Assembly: GCA_951406725.2 (NCBI GenBank)
Contig: OX597832.1
Location: forward strand, 27,280,001-27,344,000
DNA: 64,000 nucleotides
Reading direction: 5' to 3'
Origin: Octopus vulgaris
Taxonomy: Eukaryota
Positions 53,013 to 64,000 of the stretch are shown piece by piece. Both the position numbers and the translations under genes were made by a program. Under the pieces are notes generated by a model that saw only the letters and a program-made list of their open reading frames with translations, made no database searches and was not told the DNA's origin. Within the stretch, counting starts at the first letter, position 1. The number at the start of each line of letters is the position of its first letter.

Positions 53013-53092
<80 letters not shown>

Positions 53093-53592
53093 GGTTCTGT
53101 GTGTGTTTGTCCTCTACCATTGTTTGACAACCGGTGTCGGTGCGTTTACGTTCCCGTAATCTAGCAGTTCGGCGAAAAGAGACCGATAGAATAAATACTA
53201 ATCTTAAAAGCAAGTCCTGGGGTCGATTTATTCGGCTAAAAAACACTCCAAGGAGATGCCCCAGCATGGCCGCATCCAAATTACGAAAATAACCGAAAGA
53301 TGAAAGATAAGAATACGGATAAGGTAAACGTAATTTCCGATTCATTAAAAGAGCATTAATTTAATACTTGAAATTCCGTTTAGAATTCTGTGAATGGTAA
53401 TAATTTGGTGCTAGACAGGCACCATATCCAGAACCTTTGAAGTCCAATACGTATATACCGGGTGGAATGGTATTAAATGTACGAAACGTCTGCTCGGCGC
53501 AATAAATATTAAAATAGAGGAAGAACAAGGAGAGGATTTAAACTGCTTCCATAATTCTCGTCGGAGAGTTAAAATCTGTGTGTGTGTGCGTG

Positions 53593-53623
<31 letters not shown>

Positions 53624-53781
53624 ACAGGGTAAGTGCTTGCGTTGTGTGTATGGGTGTGGGTGTTTTCTTTTGTAGATTCAACCAATTTCAAGAGATATTT
53701 CATTTCGTATGAGTGTGTATTCAGTATATCAAATACAAATACTCACATACACACACGTCTACATATGTACGGATCTATCTG

Positions 53782-53857
<76 letters not shown>

Positions 53858-53901
53858 GCGATGTTGGTGGGGGGGACAAACACAGACACAAAAACATAAA
53901 C

Positions 53902-53934
<33 letters not shown>

Positions 53935-54764
53935 CGACGGGCTTCTTTCAGTTTCCGTCTACCAAATCCGCTCACAAGGCTTTGGTCGGCCCGAGGCTAT
54001 AGTAGAATACACTTGTCCAAGGTGTCACGCAGTGTAGCTGAACCCGGAACCATGTGGTTCGTAAGCAAGCTACTTACCACACAGCCACTCCTACGCCTAT
54101 TATTCAGTTTTATTTCAAGATTTCCTGCCAATAGAGAAAGAGCCGGTTCCTAACCTAGATACAAGGCTCTTTTATTGGAATGGGAACAACATCAACAGAG
54201 TATTTTTGTATGAATAGATTTGCATGTTTTGCTTTATGTAGATCTGGACGCAGATCGTCTCAATATGATTTCAGTCGATTCATATAACCGACAACGAGGT
54301 TTTGTTTCGCTTTTTTTTATAGCAGTTAAATCTATTAGTGTTCAATTCATAACTTGTGTATGTATGTATGTATGTATGTATGTATGTATGTATGTATGTA
54401 TGTATGTATGTATGTATGTATGTATGTATGTATGTATGTTTGTATGTATGTATAGTACAAATTTGTATATTTTGTTTTATGTATGTAAGTATATTTTTTC
54501 CGTTTTTATGTTTGCTCGGCTCTGTCCCAAAAGCTTCCATGCTGGCCGCTTTACTTGACTGAGCAATTTTGGAAGGTGTTGAAAATGTGATGGTATTTGG
54601 TCAACCACTGTATACACACATACAAATATTATACATTGATACACAAGCGGAGATAGATTAAGTTGATAGAAAGATTGATAGAGTTATAGATATATTCCTT
54701 GTATATATGAAAACATCGCAACTCGTTGTTTCACGCCACGGATATATGATCACTCATTCAACAG

Positions 54765-55470
54765 GCCAGTCGATTAGATCGACCCCTGTACGCAACTGGT
54801 ACTTAATTTATCGACCCAGAAAGGATGAAAGGCAAAGTCAACCTCAGCGGAATTTGATCTCAGAACATAAAGATAGACGAAATACCGCTAAGCATTTCGC
54901 CAAGCGTTCTAACGTTTCTTATTTCTCTATTGCTTACAAGGGGCTAAACATAGAGGGGGGCAAACAAGGACAGGCAAAGAGATTAAGTCGATTACATCGA
55001 CCCGAGTGCGTTTCTGGTACTTAATTTATTAACCCCGAAAAGATGAAAGGCAAAGTCGACCTCGGCGGAATTTGAACTCAGAACGTAAAGACAGACGAAA
55101 TACCTATTTCTTTACTACCCACAAGGGGCTAAACACACAGGGGACGAACAAGAACGGACATAGGTATTAGGCCGACTACATCGACCCCAGTGCGTAACTG
55201 GTACTTAATCTATCGACCCCGAAAGGATGAAAGGCAAAGTCGACCTCGATAGAATTTGAACTCAGAACGTAACGGCAGACGAAATAACCGCCAAGCATTT
55301 CGCCCAGCGTGCTAACGTTTCTGCCAGCTCGCCGCCTTCTTATAAACATAATATTTATTTCTTTATAGCCCAAAAGGGTCTAAACATAGAGGGGACAAAC
55401 AAGAGCAGACAAAGGGATTAAGTCGACTACATCGACTCCAGTGCGTAATTGATACTTATTTAATTGACCT
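54765..55470 (-). mobile_element. SINE family A tandem multimer (three bodies plus an extra tail)
   Basis: GATGAAAGGCAAAGTC blocks at ~54823, ~55043 and ~55226; head at ~55338; a further tail at 55352-55470. Confidence 0.9.
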
Positions 55471-56418
55471 GGCAAAAATAATATTAAACCATCTCTTGAC
55501 ATTGCGGTGTTATATTTGTGATATAAAACTCTTACGAACCAGAGTATCTCCATATAATTCAGTCTGCAGTTGTACTGAACATTCTTTGATTCATGTAATT
55601 TTTTATGCAACACACACACACACGTGTGTGTGTGTGTTATTGTAGTCTTTCGTCGTCCGAGAAAGGCAGTTCTGCAATTTCTTGGTGAACAACAGGTAGA
55701 AATGATTTGTTTACACTTTGTGCTGTATAGTGGCTCACCCCCACTCCCATCCCGTCAGGTCGACGTTACCTGAACAGGTAGGTGGTGCACCACGCGTCAG
55801 GTGTTGAAGTGATTGCAGAGTAACATGAGATGAGGTGTTTTCCTCAAGAAGTAAGCTCACCGCTCCGTCGAGGAATTGAAACAACGTTCTCGCGGTCACA
55901 TGTGCAACACCCTAACCACTAAGCTACACATATGTACACTCACAGATACAGGCACACATATACATATATACACACACACAGTACAAACATTTACTCACTC
56001 GTACACACCTTCCTCTCAAATACAAACACATAGTCACACGTATACACATACACGCACAAATATACAAACATAAATACTCATATACACACACACATATATA
56101 TATACACACACACATGTAAATATGTCTTGTTGCCAATTATTGGAATCAGGAATTATTCCTTATTTTTCACAAGCTCCTATATTAGCTAAAATGTTGTATT
56201 AGCACTATTTATCTGCCCTCTCTCTCCCCCACTCTCTCTCTTTCTTTCCCCCTTTCTCTCCACACACACATACACATAAATATATATGCAACTATATATA
56301 TATATCTATATACATATATACATACATATATATATATATAATAACAATATAATAAATAAAACATATGCACACATACATATGTGTATGTATAAGTGTGTGT
56401 ATCTACACACACACACGC

Positions 56419-56463
<45 letters not shown>

Positions 56464-57419
56464 CACACGCGATAATAGCCTCAACAAATTTCCAATTAGT
56501 TGTAGAACACATTCAGTGTGTTTCCGTGAGGTTTCCGTGTCTGGATATTACACCCCCCCCCACACACACACATACACACACACACACGTAATCACAAACA
56601 CGCATACACGAACACACACACGTCCACATACACGCTGGCGACTCTTCATTCAAAGATGTGTTCGAGTTTAATCTTCCTTTTTATTAAAGCTGCTTCGCGG
56701 ATTTCCGTATTAATCCTTTATATTAGTTTGAGGCCAGAGAATTTCCTACTTCCATTAATGGTTTAAAAACTCCGCCGTCTCAGCTTCCGAACGGAGGGAG
56801 GATACTAGCATGTTGGCGCCAAACATCGACCATGACGACGTCGTTATGTTGAGGATTAATGATTAAACAGTGGCCCTTCAGTCAATTGTAACCTGCTCTA
56901 CATGTTTGTTACGTAAAGTACCCGAAGGGGATTTGGGTGGAGTAATCCTCCAACACCGAAGAGTTTTGTAACGAGTTAGCTACAGAGTAGAACGTTGAGT
57001 TATGGTTTGGTGTTAAAGAGAAGGTTATACTTTCCAACCATCAGTGTTGTTGTTGTTGATGTTGTTGCTGCTGTTGATGTTGCTGTTGTTGTTGCTACGT
57101 GTCTAAGATGTAATATTAGGATAAGGTAAAAATAGGGATTCTCGAAACCTGTGTATGTCGGAAAAATTAGTCAGTGTAAAGTTGGGAAGATTGTGAAGAA
57201 AATAGCGAAGTGTATGAGTCGTGGGAAGTGATGATTGGAAGGTTTTGTCAGAAAGCGAGCAAAGGAGGGATTCAATTTGGAAAGGAAAGAGATGAGCTAG
57301 CAAGTGGAAGGGCGTCACAAAGAGATATGCCTATCTATCTCTCTATCTATCAGACAGACAGACAGACAGGTAGATAGATCGGTAGGTAAATAGGTAGTTA
57401 GGTAGGTAGGTAGGTAGCA

Positions 57420-57476
<57 letters not shown>

Positions 57477-57589
57477 TAGATAGAATGATAGACAGATGCA
57501 CAGATAAATATATATATATTATGTGTATACGTAAATATATATGAATTTATCTATCCACCTAACTACCTGCCTACCTTCCTATCTATCTG

Positions 57590-57658
<69 letters not shown>

Positions 57659-58179
57659 ATCGATCTATCTATCTGTCTATCTGTCTGTCTGTCTGTCTGT
57701 CCGTTCGCCTGTCTGCCTGCTTGTCTGTCTGTCTGTCTGTCCCGTCATCCATCCATCCATCTCTCCCACAAACTACGAAAAGAAAGCGCTAGAGTAAAGC
57801 TGACGGGTTGAAGTAATGTGGAGGAGGGCAATTTGGATCGGAAGGTAGGAAGGTCTAATACATCAAACAACCCCCAATAGACATGAGAGATACGATGAAT
57901 GATTAAAGGGAACAGAAAAAGGGAACAGAAAAAGGGAACAGAAAAAGGGGCAGAAGGATAAACAAGACGAATACATGCATACATTTCTACATACACACAC
58001 ACACACACACAGTGTTCCATAGATACAATTACTAATACATGTAAACACATATACATTTATACACACAAATTTACGCACACACATACACACTTAATATACA
58101 CACCCATAAGTTTCCAGTAAAAAATTTATATATATATATATATGTGTGTATGTGTGTGTGTGTGTGTGTGTATGTATGC

Positions 58180-58213
<34 letters not shown>

Positions 58214-58585
58214 ATACTTATACATATATATATGAGTATATGTGTTAATGTATATTTTTGTATATATATATGTACATACACATATATATATATGTGTGTA
58301 TATGTGTATATGTATGTGTATATGCGTTTATATATGTATACAGATATATGAATATGTGTATATACATATATATATATATACATATATATATATACATATA
58401 TATATATACATACGTAGATATATGTATATATATATATATATATTTGTGTGTGTGTGTGTGTGTATGTGTACATATATATATATTCATACGTATATATATA
58501 TATATATGTATATGTAAATATGTGTATATGTATAATGCATGTGTATGTTTATATATATATAATGTATGTGTATGTTTATATATAT

Positions 58586-58628
<43 letters not shown>

Positions 58629-59344
58629 GTGTGTTCCGCCCTCTTTTCACTGTCGATAAACTTCACCAATCTTCCGAGCTCAATATTTAAACAGAAAAAA
58701 CTGTTACACAACAAACAAGTGATTAAGTTCCACTTCAAAAAGATGAAAGGGTCAAACTGAAACATGGGCGGAGCTGGGCGGAAACATGCGGCTCAGTGGC
58801 GTGATGCACATCGTTAGCTTTTTCCCCACAAGATCTTCTCTTCAACGCCCAGCAGAAAGTCATCAACGACCAGTTACCATTTTTTTTTCATAAATTACGG
58901 ATTCCCGCGACTTCTTCAATGGTAGAAATGCTTTATTGAAATGAGAAGCGATTGCCATTACAGGCTAAGTTGTCATGTCACCATAATAATATAAATACAA
59001 ACATACACTTATATACACACGATTATATACATAAACATATGCATACCTCTGCACATACGTTCATATACACTCTTACAGGTGAGCGTGTGTGTGCGCGCAC
59101 AGGTAAGAAGGTATCTGTATTATTATAGACATATATACACAGTTATGTTTGTTTACACACACATACGCACACAAATATACATACGCAGACGCACACGAAT
59201 ATACCCATGCACACACATCTGCCAATCTCTCCACCTACCAATATAATTGCATTCCTACTCAATCTATTTACCTGACATCTTCTGTATTTGACATTGTTGT
59301 TATATGCTCTCCTACGCAACATCACCGCCTTCTCTCTCTCTACC

Positions 59345-59413
<69 letters not shown>

Positions 59414-59533
59414 AGAGATAGATAGATAGATAGATAGATAGATAGGTAGATAGAGATATAGAAAGACGATAGTTAAACTCTCCATATTTTAGTTTATCAA
59501 CAATGTTGCAGCTGTATTATATAAATATGTATA

Positions 59534-60430
59534 TTGGGTCATTCCATAAATAATGCGGTTTTTTCAATTGCATGAACTAAAAGTCAGAGGGGGATAGGAT
59601 AAACTACCTGCATCAACTTGCTATAAAAGCAGGTAATAATTTTACCTTGCACTTGTTCTTAGTGCAAGTTTTGAAGAGTGCAGTTCGACTTTAACAGGTA
59701 TTTGTTTTTTCAAAAGTATAATGGAATTGACAAAGGAGCATATTCGGCATATTTTACTTCATTAGTTCAATAAAAGCAACAATGCAATGGAAAGTATGAG
59801 GAATATTAATGGAGTATATGGGGTTCGGACAATAAGCATCAGCCAGTGTCAACGGTGGTTCCAAAAATTCCGAGGCGGAAACTACCATCTAGAAGACGAG
59901 CCTCATCCTGGAAGATCTGTAGAGCTCGACGAGGACGTCCTGCAAACCCTTGTGGAGCAAAATCCCATTGTAACTGTCGAGGAACTAGTAGAGAAGCTTG
60001 GATATGCTCATTCAACCATTCATCCACACCTGCATGCCATTGGAAAAGTAAGCAAATTGGGTCAATGGCTTCCTCACAAATTTCCCAAGTCTAATCACGC
60101 GTAGAGAGTGAATGTGTGTTCTTCTTTGCTGTCATGTCTCACGAATGAACCATTTAGGGACCGAATGGTGACTGGCGACGAGAAATGGGTTCTCTATAAA
60201 AATGTCATGCGCCGAAGACAGTGCGTAGGAAAAGGAGAAACACCGGCACCCCAGGCTAAGGAAGGTTTTCACCCTCGTAAGGTGTTGTTATCTGTTTGGT
60301 GGGATATGAAAGGTTTAGTCCACTTTGAACTTTTAAACCCTAACCTAGCAATAACAAAGGAGATTTACTGCAAGCAGCTTGAGCGGCTTAAGTCAATGCT
60401 CGAAGAAAAACGACCTTCTAGCTCAGCCTG
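59534..60430 (+). mobile_element. 3'-truncated mariner element with transposase pseudogene (ATG at 59721)
   Basis: TA followed by TIR-like TTGGGTCATTCCATAAATAATGCGG; MELTKEHIRHILL*...QCQRWFQKFRGG...GRS...WLPHKF*...VTGDEKWVLY...HPRKVLLSVWWD. The second and third catalytic aspartates are missing. Confidence 0.9.
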
Positions 60431-60633
60431 ATGAGAGTTAAACCACGGCAATATCGTCAAGAACACAAAAAAAAAAAAAAACGGAACGAAAAACAAGAAT
60501 TCGAATATGTTCCAACAAAAAGTGCAACGCCACAACATCACAAGAAATAACCACCACCACCACCACCAACCACCACCACCACCACCACCAACCACCACCA
60601 CCACCAACCACCACCACCACCAAATCCACAACC

Positions 60634-60664
<31 letters not shown>

Positions 60665-60709
60665 GAGTCAGAAACAATAGCAACAACACCAGCATCACAA
60701 TAATCACAG

Positions 60710-61015
60710 ACGGCGAGGGTTCCAGTTGATCCGATCAATGGAACAAGCTGCTCGTGAAATTAACGTGCAAGGGGCTGAGTACTCCACAGACACGCGTATC
60801 CTAAATGTAGTTCTCGGGGAGGTTCAGCGTAGCAGAGAATGTGACAAGGGTGGATCCTTTGAAATTACGGGTACGACTCATTTTTTTTTACCAGCTGAGC
60901 AGACTGGAGCGGACGGGAAGTAATGTGTCTTGCTCAAGGACACAGCGCGGCGCCCGGAATCGAACACACAACCTTGCGATCGCGAGCCGAATACCCCATC
61001 CACTAAGCCACGCGC
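60710..61015 (-). mobile_element. SINE family C copy
   Basis: Colinear with 7170-7495; A box TGGCTTAGTGG, B box GTTCGATTCC. Confidence 0.85.
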
Positions 61016-61639
61016 TTATACAATCAATCACAATAACAACGTAAACATCACCACTACTACGACGACGACCACCACCACCATCACGACCACCACCACCACC
61101 ACCACCATCACCACCACCACCACCACCAGCACCAGCACCACCACCATCACCATCACCACCACCACCACCACCATCACCAGCACCACCATCACCACCATCA
61201 CCACCACTGGGAAACAAAAAAACAACAACAATATCATCGTCACCCCCCCCCCCCCCCAGCAGCAACAGCACCAACAAGCCACCTCCCGGTCTCACCTGCC
61301 GCACCCCATGACCTCTCTATCTGGAAAACATCCCTCCTCCCCTTCCACCCCACCCACCCGTTTGTATATTTTAATTAGACTAACTAAACCATCATCTCTC
61401 TGATTTCCTCTTTATCTCTCCTCAATATCGTTATTCTTAATTCAAATAACACCCCACGGTATTTACTGCTGTCAAAAATACCCTACATTCTACCCGTATA
61501 CACACACACACAAACACACACACATATATATATATATACACATATTGTATATTTTCATTGACCGAATTATTAAACACACACACAAACACACACTGTGTTT
61601 GTGTGTGCCTGTGCATATATGAACGTATATGTTTATATA

Positions 61640-61649
61640 AGTGTATATG

Positions 61650-61715
<66 letters not shown>

Positions 61716-61816
61716 CATATATATATATACATATTTATATACATATATATATACATATATATATACATATTTATATACATATATATATACATATATATAT
61801 ACATATATATATACAC

Positions 61817-61907
<91 letters not shown>

Positions 61908-61908
61908 C

Positions 61909-61957
<49 letters not shown>

Positions 61958-61971
61958 TATATAGATACATA

Positions 61972-62003
<32 letters not shown>

Positions 62004-62019
62004 CATATATATACATATT

Positions 62020-62052
<33 letters not shown>

Positions 62053-62055
62053 ATA
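61640..62055. repeat. Long (TA)n/(TACA)n tract
   Basis: About 400 bp of near-pure TA repeats. Confidence 0.95.
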
Positions 62056-62147
62056 TTAATGTTTGTTTATATCTTTCTACATATGTTTATGTATTATACA
62101 TTAATTTAATATTATATAAATATACATATACATGTGTATGTGTGTGC

Positions 62148-62192
<45 letters not shown>

Positions 62193-62246
62193 TTTATTTG
62201 TTTATACATGTGTTAATGTACGAAATACGCAGTGTCTTATGCACCG

Positions 62247-62278
<32 letters not shown>

Positions 62279-63716
62279 TCATATACATCCATGCAAGCTC
62301 TTTTATACGCATGTATATACTCATATCAGATGTTCTTTACGTAAATTTATGCACACTACTTTCAAAAAACTTGTTGTTCACCCCCACGCCACCCCCCACC
62401 CCCCACTCGGCTCGGTTTTTAGTTACGGTTTACCTTACATGGACAGGAAGTCCCAACAATTAACCGGGTATCGGCGATGTGGGTGGAATTGTGAAGCTCC
62501 TGTTAGTTTTCCGCAGAAGGTATTTATAAAGCAATTAGAGTCAAACAACTTCAAAGGGATACGGAAGTAGTTCTCTGCATCTACTTCCGGTGAACGTCCT
62601 CATATTATGCAAACGTTCGTTGTTGAAATTTTTTAACCACAAGTCAATGTTGAAGAAGCAGACCTGTGATCAAAAGCTTTCCGACCATGCCAAATCCGCC
62701 TTTAAATTTTTTTTATCAGATATTGTTGATCTTGGAACACATTACACAATCTTTGCTGCTATTCTTGTTTAACCCTTGGCCATTCCTAATCCACCTAGTG
62801 TATTATAAACAGCATCCCAATAGTGGCCGATACGTCGTTTATTCTCAGGAAAAGTATACCTAAGACGCCATTGTTCAATGTACAAGTTGCTGTTTTATAG
62901 CCATCAATCCATAATTTTATGGATAATCTCCTGTTATTTCTAGCAAGTCGAGTCACCACTTAAAACGTCCACCCGTTAGTTCATCACGTCTTCCTTTTTT
63001 TCCTTTTATCTCTTATTGGCTCGGAATGGCTTAGAATCGAACCTAGACAGGCCGTCTTTAATCCTTTTAATGTACGACTATTACGTTTCCAAGTAAATAG
63101 CCGATTCCATTATCTCAGGAACCATCGTCATTGATTTTAGCTAATTGCCTGATAGAAATTCGTTTCGGTTAATCCGGCAGCTGTAAGTCAAATATTGAAC
63201 GGAGGAAGACGCGGTGGGGTAATCTTATGCTACATGGCATCACTCACTAAACTGCCAGATCTCATACACTACCCTCAAAGAAAAGCGGGGAGGGCGCCCA
63301 TACACACAAAGACACACACACAAGCAATATTGAGCAATACGAATCTTTCGTATTCCTTCGATATCCTTACTGAAGCCAAACCACTCCAATAATAAATATT
63401 CAGATCACATCTAGAAAATACTTGTGACTCTTATTAATATTTAACGTATCTTTACCTCTTTAAGTTATTCATTCAATGACTTACCATCGTCATGTCCATA
63501 AATTCGACGCATAATCTCGCCATATCCCAGTGATTAAAGGTTTACGTTGACTTCGCCAAACACCGGTGAGTCTTGCTTCAAATCCTTCCAACGCCGGTGT
63601 TCTTTACGAACCAGTCAACGCTCAGAAATTAGCATCTTTTATTTCTTCCAATGAAAACTGAAGATGTACATAGGGTGTTGCCCTTTGGGCACAAACAAAG
63701 TGTTTTAGCCAGGTGA

Positions 63717-63809
<93 letters not shown>

Positions 63810-63882
63810 CCTCTCTGTCTGTCTGCTCTACCTTGTAATTTGTCCCGTCTCTGTGCAGCCCCGTGTGGCTAATAAATAAACA

Positions 63883-63951
<69 letters not shown>

Positions 63952-64000
63952 GTCTGTCTGTCTGTCTGTCTGTCTACATATGTATTCTATCTATCTATCT

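Noticed and set aside
53430-53492. GAAACGTC resembling the 3' half of a minimal hammerhead
   Set aside because: No proper CUGANGA core or closing stem II upstream
63480-63640. Possible exon with donor-like GTGAGT (plus) or GTAAGT (minus)
   Set aside because: No clean open frame with a matching acceptor found on either strand

Overview
Eukaryotic, AT-rich and extremely microsatellite-rich DNA ((CA)n, (TA)n, (TATC)n, (TATG)n, (TAA)n, (CAC)n, (CTA)n). The SINE set and repeat density suggest an octopus genome (inference from remembered repeat families, not from a search). Almost every ORF in the supplied track is a microsatellite artefact. Content that can be supported: at least three tRNA-derived SINE families (some as tandem multimers); a near-complete decayed Tc1 element (DD34E, IR/DR ends) at 49.6-51.5 kb; three mariner remnants; a hAT-type transposase relic; R4/Dong-like restriction-like-endonuclease (RLE) retrotransposon fragments beside (TAA)n; Penelope-like (PLE) and Helitron fragments; several MITEs; and a possible promoter plus first coding exon at 33.7-35.4 kb. 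The main unexplained signal is a set of type I hammerhead ribozyme motifs: two well-formed (8009-8054 minus, 9575-9660 plus) and several degenerate or partial ones. One lies downstream of a Pol III tRNA-like head, giving a tRNA-SINE/hammerhead chimera. A second oddity is a ~205 bp headless retroposed element present twice, with the same 5' end, (CAA)n tails and 12-bp target duplications. All calls were made by eye; no database search or folding program was run.
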